A stretch of DNA of 64,000 nucleotides from Klebsormidium nitens (Eukaryota > Plantae > Klebsormidiophyceae), in the NCBI GenBank assembly GCA_000708835.1, contig DF237143.1:1-64000 (forward strand). The letters run 5' to 3'. The position numbers and the translations under genes were made by a program. The notes beneath the pieces are model-generated. The model ran no database searches, had not been told where the DNA came from, and worked only from the letters and a program-made list of their open reading frames with translations. The first letter of the stretch is position 1. The number at the start of each line of letters is the position of its first letter. Below, piece by piece: positions 36,101 to 48,832 of this stretch.

Positions 36101-38256
36101 TCTCTCAAACTTTTCAAAAGCAGGCGCCTCTATGATCCTTCTGACCAACGGCCGAGGCACCTTGACTTTATCCTATCGTGTGAACTCTCGCCAAGTCGAC
36201 AATATAGCTCAACTCCTTTTCATCGTGTGTGAATACCCAACAAATCGACAACAGTAGCTCCGAATGGCAAATCACTGTCAAACCACTTGCGAGAAGCCAA
36301 GTCCCAGGTCTGCCCACCTGGAGATCCTCTCGCACGTACAGAAACGCGGTGGCCCCCGGCCCGCCGTTGAGGTATTTGTAGCCACAGCCAACTGCGAAGT
36401 CGGCGTTCCACTCGTTCAAAGCGACCGGCACAGCCCCCGCGGCGTGGCTCAGATCCCACAGAACGAGCGCACCCGCCTGGCAAGGCGACGAAAAAGGTGA
36501 CGAGAAAGCACGGATCAATGACTTGGACGAAAGAGAGGGCGTATTGCACTTTATTGAGCTTCTTGAGAGCGAGGGCGTACTGCACTTTATTGAGCTTTTT
36601 GAAGCAAGAATCTACAAAATCTGACTGTACGGGCAAAATATGCTGATGCGAAACAGGCCGTCCGTCAATTCAGCGATCAAAATTCAGGTGAACCTTCAAA
36701 AACGCAAAGCTCGAACAGCACATGCAAGGTGCGGAGTGAGACTGAATGGACATCGCTTCCGGCAACGACATCTGCGTTCGGCCTTTCCATTTCGTCTAAA
36801 AAGCCTGGCAGAACTTTCAGAGTCGAGCGCACAAAGCCTGCGAAATTAGAACTGCCAGCTAACCTTGTGCGCCAACTCGGTGACTGCCCTCCCGTCGTAC
36901 ATAAACCCGCTCTTGAAAACCACGTGCGAGAGTAAAACCAATGCGGTTGTGTCGTCCACAGCAGCTTCAAGAGTTTCCATGTCTACCGTCAGATCGTTGT
37001 CATGGGAAGGGACGAGCTGTAACGCGTGCCTGTTGCCGAGGAGGTTTATGCAACCCTGCAAAATAGAGAGGGGCCAACTTTTGCGGAACCAAAGGCAAAC
37101 ACACGGATCGTTGATCAGCCAGCAATTACGGTCACATTCAGGAAGGTAGCAAATCAGGAGCCAAAGAATTGCTGGGGCCAAGCCAGCCGCAATGAGCTCC
37201 AACGTGTGTAGAGCAACAAAGCCCTGGTATATGGCCGCTGAAGCCCCTGACATCAGCGAAGACGTATTTTCCAAGCGCGCCTCTTCAAGCACCGCATTCA
37301 AGCGGTCACTAAAAAGTATGTCAGGACAGCGGTTGACTTAAAGGATGCAGACACTCATATAACTGACTCCAGAAGAGCCCAAAGACGGGGACACAATCAC
37401 ACCTCATCGACGGACCATCGACAAAAGGGACAAGGACCAAATTTAACTTTTACGAGAAAAGTATGGCCTTACCTCAATAACATAGATGTCAGACGGGAAA
37501 TTGAGCGTATCAGTCACGATCTTGGTGCGGCCGGGACGGAGTGCAAGCGCTGCCAGGATTAGCTTGAACAGATTGACCGACGTCGAGTCGCAGGCAATGA
37601 CTTCGTTAGAGCGCGCCCCGACCATTTGCGCTATTTTCCCGCCTACCCTGGTGGAAGTCTCGTACCAACCGCAAGAACCCCAGGAGCGAATCAACTTTTC
37701 TCCCCACTCTCGTTCCACGCGGTTCTGCGAAAACGGAAAGCAGCTTTAGAAAAACGTGTGAGGGCTGCCGTTGTGCATCATGGAAAAAACGCATCAATAC
37801 ACTCTTAATCAGCTCTCAAACAAGAATATCAGACACGAGTCTCGTTAGGAAAAAGGACACTTACGGTGTTTGTAATTTGCGCAAACACCGACTTCCCTGG
37901 CTGCTTACTCACCACGGCTGCTACTTACTTTAACAGGCATAGATTATCCCTCACACAATCCTTCACATTGAAGAAACATTTTCAGGCCTCGGAGCAAGCA
38001 GCTTCCCCATCGCAATTTGTCTGCACGAAAGGAACGCAGAAACAGACACTTCAGCGCTGCTTACCTGGATCACTGGCATGGTCCGCTTGGGCAGTCTCCC
38101 CAGCGAGTTTCCATCCACATAGATCAACTCTTCGCCGTTGATTGCAAACTCTTCCCGCTTGGCCGCCAGGCTGTCTTGCTTGTCTAAGCCCTCAGCATAT
38201 GCTTGGCTGGTGTCAAAGCTGTCACCCTCCTTTGGGGCTAGCTTCAGGTCGGCCAT
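33198..38256 (-). CDS. KYNU: Kynureninase (PLP-dependent), bacterial-type sequence; 7 exons (38256-38065, 37724-37473, 37055-36864, 36476-36318, 35220-34990, 33933-33739, 33284-33198), ~435 aa
   Basis: Motifs [76 protein letters not shown] and [23 protein letters not shown] are present. All introns are phase 0 and GT-AG. Confidence 0.93.
33860..34440 (-). repeat. Tandem ~140-150 bp repeat x4 of the intron-5 end plus exon-6 start of KYNU
   Basis: Copies of CGGTTAAGTCCGTTGGGGTACTCGG...GGCAGCCACGTG carry acceptor AGs at + positions 33934 (functional), 34083, 34232 and 34370. Confidence 0.9.
34826..34930 (-). repeat. Decayed copy of the 3' end of KYNU exon 5 inside intron 5
   Basis: gtgggcatgg...aagtcg.tgcagctga.cgagtatctgatcaag...atgag is repeated. 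The copy is followed by GC rather than the GT donor. Confidence 0.85.
35190..35800 (-). repeat. Tandem ~130-180 bp repeat x5 of the intron-4 end plus exon-5 start of KYNU
   Basis: tgttccgcag|GACCAGTGC...GGCTGGTTCGGC copies lie at + 35221 (functional), 35401, 35532, ~35659 and ~35787, with divergence increasing away from the exon. Confidence 0.88.
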
Positions 38257-38897
38257 GTTGAACACCACCATCGTGCCTTGAAAAAGTAATCACGTGCGTC
38301 AGCTTTTCCACTCTAACAAGCTGATGGTTTGAGTGAATTTCAAAGAGGTGAGACCAGACAGACGTTGCCTCACGTTCAGGGCTGATTTGATGAAAAGTCT
38401 TTGGCTCCTGGCACACGTATACAAATACATGCACAAAAGAGAAGAACTCCCTTACGAGGACCCTGTCAATAAAATCAAGCTCACGGTTGTTAACATGTGC
38501 TGCGAGGATTGTCAGCTTGTGAAACAACTAGCGCTCTCCCAATTACTAGACCTACCCACATGATACTGCTGAGAAAGGTAGAGAAAGACAACTTAAGGGA
38601 TGCTAAAAGGCTTAGCAGGAGACCTTATGTCAAGTACTGATAGGGGCGTAAGTAGAGAATCGTATCACTTCATTGTTACGAGGGCTCAGAAAGCAGTTAT
38701 CGCCACCGTCTCACCTAAAAGACGTGTAGTTGTATCCAACCTGCGCACCTCGAATCCAATGTCCAGCAAAGGAAGAGTTTACGTCTCGGTTGGGCGGTGA
38801 CCTTGAACTGTGCACTGGCAAGCACCGCAGTTGAGAATTGCGGCCGCTTCTGATTGAAAAAGCTTTTACAGAAGCTTGATCCAGCTGAGAAAGGTTC

Positions 38898-38926
38898 CTC
38901 AGCTCAGCTCAGCTCAGCTCAGCTCA
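38898..38926. repeat. (CTCAG)n pentanucleotide microsatellite in the KYNU/RELCH divergent spacer
   Basis: ctcagctcagctcagctcagctcagctca. Confidence 0.9.
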
Positions 38927-39455
38927 TGGGCCGCTCTAAGCCAGCTGTAGTAGGTAGGTAAGCTCCGGAGTCTGTCTCTCTGCATGGCGCGTTGAAATTC
39001 TCGAGATGGCGCACACATGGTGCAGAGTGCAGCGGCCAGCCTCCTGCAACACACCGAAACCGATGCTGGCGTGGACAAAGCAGATCCTGAGTGGGTAGCC
39101 ACGTGGACCCCGTGGTAACGATGACGCCAGCAAAAACTGGGTGTGCGTCAGCTCCGGGACCGTCACCATAGCCACTGTATCATTTCATAAGCTATCCGTA
39201 TAAACCAAAAGCGATCACTCTGCTCCGGAATTTATCGGCCAATTAAAACAAATATCGGCCTTTGCAAGTTTGCCCTTGCATTTTCATTCTCGACAGCTGA
39301 GCTGAAGTCTGCGCCCATGTGGCGCTTGAAGAAAGGACGGGCAAGGCGCTTGAAGCCCCTCAGCGTCCAAAGAATGCATCAACTTAGAGAGATCATTCAT
39401 TTGTGAGTGCCTCTGCCAGGCTGTAAGGTGATGCTCGTGTCCAATAAGCGCAGGA

Positions 39456-42400
39456 ATGGCAGCGGCTCCAGTAGACAAAGACGCCGTGTGTCATCAGGTC
39501 GTGAAGTTTCTACTCCAGGAAAACTATGTCCTCACAGCCTTTGAGCTGCTCCAAGAGCTGCTGGAAGATGGACAGGTCGGCGCGCCTGCAGAGTTGCTGC
39601 AGCAGTACTTTGCTGACGAGGCAAAGTTCTCGGCGGCGGAGATGCTGCGGCTGCAAACCCTGGAAAGTGAGTGCTCCTGAAAGACGCGTTAGAGAAGTCT
39701 TTGCATCTCAAGTGAAGCTCAGCTCTGCAGCTGCACATTGATTGGGCTCTGCATCTGACGATCCTTTCATCATCGTAGAGATTGTTTGCGGGTGTTAGCA
39801 ATGAGGCACTCGAGAATGTTCGACCCACAGCTTACCACCTCCTGTGACAATCTAATTTTCTTTTGCTGACTGCTTGCTTGGAGTGTGTCAAATCGTGAAG
39901 AAGGACATCAGGAAACTGCGACTAGATTGAGGTGTTGAGTAAAGTCGTGCAATGTGCAGCAATCTGTGCGTACTTCCAGTGAAGCGTCGTTTGCCCCAAC
40001 TCTCCATTCCCCAGAAGGTCACAGCAGCAGTGGTTGTCATTAGGAGGCAAATTTCCGCTGTGCTGGCCAAGGAATCAAGTGGCGGTCGTGTTTTCAGAAC
40101 ATTGCAAACCATGAATGTACAACGATAGCAGGCATTCTTGAGACTTTTCTTTGCTTCGATCCGCTGTAATCCGCGTTACAACTCTGCTAGCCCCATGCGA
40201 GTTCAGCTCAGTTGCGGGAACTCTTATCCAACTTCTGTTGTTTTTTTTCATGTTAAAAGATCCGATTTGCCCCTTTCAAGTCATTCCTTGTTGCTAAGTT
40301 TGTCGGGTTGCAATCCGCGATGTCACGCCAATCTATTTGCAGTGTCGCTTGGAAGAAACTGTAACGAGCTCTAAACTTGTTTTGTCTCGACGTCGTCTCA
40401 TCTCCACTGAATTTATTCAACAGAGTGCGCTCACAATATCCTCGAGTAGAATGCAAACTAGACTGAGTGTCAGGGAATGTCAAGCAACGACGAACTCCTT
40501 TGCCCGATCGATGCAGGTCTTGATCTCCAGAAATTGTCAGACGCAAAGGAAGCGGCGGACGAGGCTGCAGCCGTCAGCCAATACGAGCTGCGTATTGCGA
40601 AAGAGGACATCAAGAGCTTGCAAGAAAGTTTAGAGAGGCAGAAAGAAGAGGCCATCTCCGCACCACAGCAGGGCTTTCTCACCCCTGGCACCCCCCAAAA
40701 GCCGCAAGGCCACCGCAAGACTCTCTCAACATCACTAGAGAACCTGAGCGGGGCAGAGAAGCGGGACCTCAATGCAGCTGTGCAGGAGTACCTCAAGTCT
40801 CGCAGCTACAAGCTGACCGCCATGACCTTCTGTGATGAGGTGAGAAGTGCGCGGTGGTGTCATTCGCCAGATCGCATCATGGACAGTCTATGTATTTCAG
40901 CTCTGAGTCCTGCACTCGAAGTTGTGTGATTGCTTGCATTGCCATGGCGGTAGTTTTGTACCTGCAAAGTCAATTTCCTTGAGTCTTTAGTTCTTCCATC
41001 CGAAAAGTCAGATCCCATTGCTCCTGCTGGTCCAGGTATCGGACCAGGACTTGGATGATTGGCCTGCCGGGCCTGGCCATGTACCGGACGCCCTGCGCAG
41101 CTACTACGCCCATTTTATAGCGACTGGGACAGAGGACGTTGAGGTCAGATCTCAGCCAATCACTTCTGGGTTTGATAATTGGTTCACTGGTTCACAAGGG
41201 TCACAGGTCTAGCTTTGCACTTTTCAGCGAACCTCGGTTCAATCGTGGCCTAACCTGTCAAAGCTGGGCCGCAAAGCTTTGGATAGCAGACGTGTTGCTC
41301 TATGGTTTGTCTTATGCCGCAACCGACTCTTGCCTTTCAAGGTCCCAAATAGACCTTTGTTGGTCCGGCTCTCTACCATCCTCCTTGTTGAGTTCGACAG
41401 GTTCCTGAAGGTGACATGCCTTCTTCTATTTCACATAACCCATCCTCTGGTGAGCTGGGATCCGGGATCCTGACTGTGAGCTGGGATTACAAGCTGGTTC
41501 GCGGATTTTAGTAATCAAAAACAATCCAATCTTTGATCCAGGGGTTGAAGGCTGAGAACGAGCGGTTGGCCTCGGCAGCCGAGGAAGCGCGCAAGAGCTC
41601 GGAGGAACAAGCGCAGCAACTACTTCGGGTAAAGGAGGCTGCTGATGGGGCGCAGAAGGAGCTGTCCGAGCTCAGAGCGCAGTTGGCCTCAGCCAAGCAA
41701 GATCTGGAGAAGGAGCGGTTACGAGTCAGGGCGGCAGAACAACGAGCGGCTGGGGCGGAAGCACGGGCAACCAAAGCGACGGGGGCGGAAGCGGATAAGG
41801 TCAGAGAACCGAACGGCGCTCTGTCTAATGGGGAGTCGGAACAGGGCTCCTTGCGAGCTGAAGACGGAAGAGAAGGCGGTTCGACGGCAGCGGAGCGAGG
41901 GGGAAGCGAAGTAGCTAGTTTAGACGGCGCCGAAGCGGGGCGCAGTCTTGAAAACGGGTTTGCCAAACCGAGCGCGCCGGAACCCGATCTGGACACTGTA
42001 AGGACGGTCGCCGAGTCGCTGCCCCGGATTGTGCCTAATGTGTTGATCAACAAGCGGGAGGAGCTGCTGCCGCTGTTCATCGTCGCGATCGAGAAGTCGC
42101 CCGACGGCGAGACGCGCGCGAATCTCACGAACAGCCTCTTCAACCTGATAAAGAAACCGGACGACGCGCAGCGGAAGATGATCATGGACGCGTGCGTGGA
42201 GCTGGCTCAGAAGATCGGAGAGGCGAGAACGGAAGAGGAGTTGCTGCCGTGCTGCTGGGAGCAAATTAGTCACAAGACCCCCGAGCGGCGGCTCTTGGTT
42301 GCCAGCTCGTGCGGACAGCTGGCGCGGTACGTGCGTCCGGAGATGCGGACGTCGCTCATCCTGAGCATTGTGCAGCAGCTTGTGGAGGACAGCGCGGCGG

Positions 42401-45400
42401 CGGTGCGGGGCGCCGTTGTGCAGAACCTTGCGCGGTTGTTGCCGCTCTTCCCCGACTATGAAAAGTATGCCAAGGTGAGCCAAGAGAGTGGCATGCTGTT
42501 TCCTGCAAATGAAAGATTTGTTTGGTAGCACATCCTGCACGAGGCAGAGAATGTTCGTCTCAGAAGTTCAGTAGGTGGAAAAGCTACTCTTACAACCACT
42601 TCTCTGTCCAAGCTCTTATCGGGTTGTGTTTAACGTATCTGCTGAAGCGGACTCGGTCTCCACTGAAAGTCATCTTCCGCTTTAATCTGTATACCCAGCC
42701 GCGAGAGAGCTCCCAGCTCGCTAAACACCCGATTGCGAATATAAACAACATCCCTCGCGTTCTTGAGTCTGTTACGTACCCTTGAACAATTCCCCCCGGT
42801 CTCCTCTCCTAGGTGGAAGAGCTGACGTTGCGGCTCATTTTGGACCCCGAAGCTGAGGTCGTCGAGAGTGCGTTCACCGGGCTGCTGCCGGGCTTCCTGG
42901 CGTGGGCCAAGGCCGGGGACAAGCTTATGGCCAAGCTGCTGCCCAGCGTACTGGCGAGAGCGCTCACCACTGTGCAGGTTAGGCGCAAACGCTTGTGGTT
43001 GCTTGCGCTTCAGACACGACGATAATCTGGTTACGGGTAAATTTATCCGGAAAACACGGTATCCATTACTACTGGTGTCATCAATGTGTTTGAATGCATT
43101 AAGCGACACCTCTTGCCTCGTTGCCGGTTTCCTGCTTCTGTCTGGTGTCTGAAAGATTCGTGGGCCATGACCGATCTTCAGGGACGTTATGCCAGAGCTG
43201 ACGAAGTTCTGAAGCACCTTTGGACCACCTTGCTTCTTGTATATTCAAGCGATTGTTTGAATGGCAGATGCCGCACTTATCAGTCGGTTTCACATTTAAT
43301 CTTGTGCTTCGCGCATTTCCCTCTGATTTTACAATTGCGAAGTCCTGTGCAACCCTTTTAAACTCAACACCTCTCATTACTTCAGCCAGAAGGTCAGATT
43401 GCATCACTCCTCCATTCTCCCATCAGCGGTGCACCCCCCCTTCTGGCGCGGCTGACAAAAGCACAACCAGTGAATCCCGCAGAAGTTCCCACTTTCCGAT
43501 GTCCTTTGCCCTCGACTCAGATTCCCGTCAGATCCTGACGTCCATGCACTTCCAAAATTAGACCGGCGTCAGCCTCATCCCACAGCACCATGGGCAGTCT
43601 TTACGTTATTTCCGTGTCCAGAAACTGAGACTCGTTACTCCCTTCCCCCAGCGGTGCACTCCCGCTAGTGGCGTGGCTGACGCCGCGGAGGCACAGCTGC
43701 GCGTGTTGGGCGAGCGCGAGCGGTGGAACCTGGACGCGCTTCTGCGGCTGCTGCAATCGCACCTGCTGCCCGAGGCGCGGGCGGCCGTCGTGCGGGGGTG
43801 CCCCTTCCCCTGCAGCAAAGCGCTCGCGGAGGACGGTGCAGAAGCGGACGGCGCCGAGCCGGAGCACGTCTTCTCGGACGTCCGGCTGCTGGAGTACGCC
43901 AAGTGAGCGTCGGGAGCAGCCATAGGACCTTCTCGGAACAATCTTGAATGTAGGGTGTTATCGGGGTAGCAGCTCCTCAGAATTGGGCAGGGCCCTTCTT
44001 GACATAATGCGGACAACTTGCACGAACGCCAATATACACTTTGAAAGGAGACCGGTCCGCTGAAGCAGCGTTATGGAGTTTGGCCTGCGAACAAGGTCCT
44101 CAGCAACTTGTGCGTTGTGTTTCAATGAATTTGCTCCTGCTTGTGTCCTTGGGGGTGGCTCTAGGTCCCCGAATATGCATGCAGGAAAAGCTTCGCAGGG
44201 CGATTTCGCGGTATCAACTACGCTTAGCGCAAGCATCGTATGGCGTCAGAGTTGGCCTGTTTCTGTTTGGTCTGAGCTCGAATTCCCTCCGCGGTATTTC
44301 GCAGGTCGAGCCAGTCGTGGCCCACTTTCGACTGGCTGGTGAACGAGTGCCTGGCGGGGCTGCTCCAGCTGGCGTGCATGATCCAGCCCCGGGAAGAAGG
44401 CCTCCGCAAGGCGCTCAGCAACGTAAGTTCCGCTTTTCAAGCAAAGTGGAAGCGGTGCATAGATGTCGGGCGGCGCCTCTGACAGTCGCATGGGAAATGC
44501 AAAAAGCGCTCCGCTGTTGTGTGTTTGAATCTCCATCTGGCTGCTCTTGGGTCGGGAAAGAAACTCTTTTCTTGTATCTTCATTGTCAATGGCACTGGTT
44601 CCTTCATGGTTTATATTCTTGAATCACTGTACAGCGCTTGGCGGCTCTAGACAAGCAAGAATGCAAACCAACCCACTCGCTAGCCAAGGCTTTCTTAAGC
44701 CCCGTCATGGGTTTGGAGGCTACTTGAAGAACGAGACTGAACAAAATTTTGACCACAGCGAGAACGGATTCCTTGCCTCATTCCTTTGCCCCGTTCCTGT
44801 CGGTCTGTACTAAAGCCAAATTCCAACCACGCCCCCGCTGTGTCTGTGTGCAGCTGGTTCTGTCCGTGAGCGAGCTGTTTGGCAAGTTCTTCCTCCAACA
44901 CGTCATGCTGCCGATGTTCCTCACGGCCGCCGGCAACGAGGCCGACCTGTCCGGGCTGCCAGCATCAGCGCACGACAAAGTACAAGGTAAGGCGCTCCCG
45001 GAGCTTTTGCTGCTTCTCTTCCCCTACTGTCCTGCTGGAAGGACAATCGTTGTTTCCAGCCCTATGTTTCACTGTGCCTCACGTCTGAGCCCGCCACGCC
45101 GAGCGACAAGAAGCTTGCCTGGTTCGTTTAGTGCGGCCGCTGTGCTTCTCAACGCCACGTCCTCGTCTTTCCGGTCGCACTGTCGAACAATGATGGCACT
45201 TCCAACCTATCCCTGTAATCCTGATGTCTTTCCCTGTATCTCAAGCTATTTCCCGACCTTTTTCAGGCCTGAAGCCGGCCATGCCGAGCGGCGAGAAGCT
45301 GGCCCGGCTGTGCGTGGTGTCGCTATTGGTGGCATGCTTAACGCACCTGTGTACTCTAGCCTTTGTTTTATCGGCTATTTCCTGGCTGCATCCCCTTAAC

Positions 45401-48400
45401 TGAAGCCGTCTTCTCATCTGTTTTCATCTCTTTCCAGGCCTCAAGCCCGCCACGGCGAGCGGCGAGAAGCTGGCCCGGCTGTGCGTGGTGCCGCTGCTGC
45501 TGGCCGGGGTCCTGGGCGCGCCCGCCATGCGGGAGGGCGCGCTCGCGGAGTATGTGCGCGAGCTGGTGCTGCAGACCAGCCTCAAGGACGGCGCCTGGAG
45601 CACCGGCCACACGCCCGACCTCATCGACGCCCTGCGCTTCCTCTGGTGAGCGGAGAGCGATCAGATTCTCAGAGCGTTGGACTGTGAGCGACGAATCTAC
45701 CGCGTGAAAGCCTGAGGTCTTGGGTTTCGATTTCGAGATCTGCCGTGCTGTCGACGGTCGAGACACTGCCGGTTCTCTCGACGCCCTGTGCTTCCCCTGT
45801 TGAGCGGACAAGGACAAGGATCCGGCCTTTGAAGGAGTGCGGTTTGCGGGGTGGTTAAAGCCGGTGGATCTCCGTCAGGAACTTCTGCTTTTTGTTTTAT
45901 TCTCCATACCTGTTCTTGGCAGTACTCTGCTGCTTCACGGTCCCCTTGGCTAGCGGATGTGCACATTTGGAGATAACGAATGTGAGCGGAAAGGTTGAGA
46001 GCGGATGATTGATAAAAAGCGCTTGTTGATTTCGGTTTGCCTTCCCACCCCCTGCTTCAAGTGCAAAGCCCTCCGTCTGGCTCTTGCTGAAAGTGCGCCG
46101 ACGCTTGTTGGACGTGACCCTCTTTTAACACCAGCTATTGAGCTGACGCCAATCGTGTCGGAGTCAGCGTAAGTACGGCTTGACTTTTCGGAGGCTAGCC
46201 TTCGGTCCTGCTGACGTCAGCTTCTTTTTCCTTGCAGCACGTTCGAAGCCCAGCAGTCGGTGGTGCTGGGGGTGCTGTGGGAACTGGTGGTCAACCCCAG
46301 TGCGCAAGTCAAAGTCAGCGCCGCCGTTATTTTCAAAGCCATGGTGAGCCTTCGCGCTGCGAATCCCAGTTGGTAAAACTGCTGATTCGTGCTCTTTCAA
46401 TCTTGACTGCTTCGACGCATCTGCTAAATTGTAGCTTGACACTGTCGCTGTAATTTTTCCGATCAGACCCGCAGTTTGCAAACCAGTGTATTGTACTCGG
46501 GTGCGCACATGCGGAGATAATCTTTGATTGTGTGTGTAATCTGCTAAGATTCCCGGCGGCCTGACTCTTCGCTCTTGTAGTTTGTCAATCCATTGAACTT
46601 GCACTTTCTTGTGGTGACGATCACTACAAACGTTGGATTTGATGCTGTAGGTACCGTACGTGGACCTCGACAAAGTGACCCGGCAGGTGCTGCCCGCCCT
46701 AGTTACTCTGGGTTCCGATCCCAACGTGGAGGTCAAGCACGCCAGCATAGACGCGTTTGGGGCGGTCGCCCAAAACTTCAAAGACGACGGGGTGAGGATG
46801 CCCCCAGACCGCTTTGCTTATCGCATATATTTGAGCAAGTTAGCTCATTTGCTCTGGTTATTCTCGAACACTCTTGAGAATGCAGATGCATGATTACAGA
46901 AACAGGTGATCTTGCTGATCATATTTCGCAGTCAGGTGTCAATGTTGCCGAATGCCTTTCCGCCAAGTATTACGCGCCCCCTGGTCCTCACGACTGTTGG
47001 CCTCGCTTATCTTTGATAACGCCATGACAGCGTTCGTTTTGGCATCCGTTTATCAGACGCCCTCCACCCGTGGCTCGCTCCTTTTCATAGCCACGCTCCT
47101 TCTCGAGCATTGAAGAAGGACTGGCTTTCATGCCTCTCCTCAATCCTGGATGAGGGTCCGTGTTCGGCTGGTATCGAGCAAGCCTTCCACCTGGACGGCT
47201 GTCTGGGATCTACAAGTTCGTGCGACACGAAAGTCCGGAAGTCTGAAAATGGGGATGTTTTTTCCTACAGGGGCCGACAGAAAACCCGACAACCCGATAT
47301 CCCAGAGGTTACCCCTTTTGTCAGATCACGGGCGATCTCTGCGTTTAAGAGACTCCTGCCCAGCTTTCGAGAGCCTAGAAGCTGGCTGTCCCTCTTGTCG
47401 TCTCTGGTACTGACTGTCAGATCCGTTGACCACAGAGACCCTGCGCGCTTGACAATCTTTCACCGCCCGCAGATCGTGGACAAGATTCGCGTCCAGATGG
47501 ACTCGTTCTTAGACGACGGTTCCCACGAGGCATCTCTCGCCGTCATCAAAACCCTCTCGACAGCGGCGCCGCTTATGGCCACCCCACCGCGAGAGTACCT
47601 CGCCGCAAAAGTCCTGTCGCTGGCCAACACTAATGCGCAAAGCTCCGCCAGCATCACGCGGCGAGGCGCGATGGCCGAAGTGCTGTATGACGCCCTGTGC
47701 TCGCTCAATGGGTGCGGTGAGTGAACGCCGGTGGCTGACTCATCGGTCCTGGCTGGATATGAGAATGTGGGGTTTGTTCGGGTCCTGGAAATGACGATCA
47801 GCTTCGTTCGTTTTGTCGAAGTATTCTAGCTTAGTCGTTCCGTCTGTTCGGGCCGTCCGCAACGGTAAGTCTTTCCTTTTAAAAAGCTGAGACCGTTTAC
47901 CTTCTGTCCCCAAATGTCGCGCAGCCAGTTGCTTCGGCCCTGTGACAAGTACCCGCGGTTACCTGTGCGGCGTGATTCTCCTCGTTAAAAGGCGCTTTTC
48001 TTCTTTGCTGCAGAAAGCTGACCACGGATTGTGCCTCCAGTACCAATGCAAAGGCCCACTATTCTCCTGTCCCTTCTAACCTTCTGCAGCCCTCGCTGAC
48101 TTCCAGTATCTCTGTGTCACTGTTGCTACTTCTGCACGTCGGCCCTATCACTTTCCCGGACTCAAACTTGTCGAAAATTCTGATTCCCAGCCCACCCTCG
48201 ACTAATCTCACCCCGCCCTATTTGCCGGCGCAGAGCTGTCCCCGTCCGTCGTGAAAGACTCGTTCCTGCCGGCCATCCACGCCCTGCTAAAGGACCCCGA
48301 GATTCTAGAGGGCGCCCAAAAGGAGGGCCTCGAGGGGATGCTGAAAGAGCGCTCCGGAACCACCATCCAGACGGCGCTTTCTATGCTAGGGGGGATGCAC

Positions 48401-48832
48401 CTGCGGAAAGCGTCCATGGAGCGCGTTTTTGACAACGTGATGGGCAAGAAAGAGACGCAGACGGTGCCGATTACGCCCCCCCCTGCGGCGGCCGTATCCC
48501 CGGCCGCGGAGAAGCCCCCCGCGGAAGAAGGGCGCATCAAGAAGATGATGCGGCTGAAGTACGAGGTGAGAAGAGCGTGTGCAGGTGGTGAGAGTCGGCA
48601 GGGAGTGCGTCAAGGCGTGTGGATTGACCACTGCAGCCCAGTGCCTGCATTTGCGGACTTCAACGCTCACTCACCCGGCTTGAGCAGATGAATGTAACGG
48701 TATTTACCACCTGCCCGTGCATCAACCTCAAACCTTCCAACACGTGTCATGTGCGTGCAGGAGGTGATGCGGCAAAGAAGCAAGCCAACCGGCGCAGAGT
48801 CGCCTGGAGCCAACTCACCAAGCGCACGTTAG
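39456..48832 (+). CDS. RELCH: LisH- and HEAT-repeat protein RELCH/KIAA1468 homolog; 14 exons (39456-39665, 40518-40839, 41036-41143, 41541-42474, 42813-42977, 43651-43903, 44305-44422, 44854-44986, 45438-45645, 46238-46343, 46651-46791, 47472-47717, 48233-48566, 48761-48832; approximate)
   Basis: It has two LisH-like motifs (VVKFLLQENYVLTAFELLQELLE; AVQEYLKSRSYKLTAMTFCDE) and a coiled coil. These are followed by SLPRIVPNVLINKREELLPL, LFNLIKKPDDAQRKMIMDAC, ELLPCCWEQISHKTPERRLLVA and HEAT repeats, in an in-phase GT-AG chain. Confidence 0.92.
45060..45500 (+). repeat. Two decayed tandem copies (~175 bp period) of the RELCH intron-8/exon-9 junction
   Basis: Copies at ~45085 (gagcccgccacgccgagcgacaagaagct) and ~45267 (ttttcag|GCCTGAAGCCGGCCATGCCGAGCGGCGAGAAGCTGGCCCGGCTGTGCGTGGTG) precede the functional copy at 45438. 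Confidence 0.85.

Noticed and set aside
36535-36602. ~36-bp tandem duplication in KYNU intron 3; also (ATCAGAA)3 near 27817 and a 13-bp duplication near 61613
   Set aside because: These are real but ordinary slippage-type micro-duplications that involve no splice site.
46164-46781. 205-aa minus-strand ORF (and similar ORFs at 41508-42185 and 42630-43217)
   Set aside because: These are antisense shadows of RELCH exons and introns.
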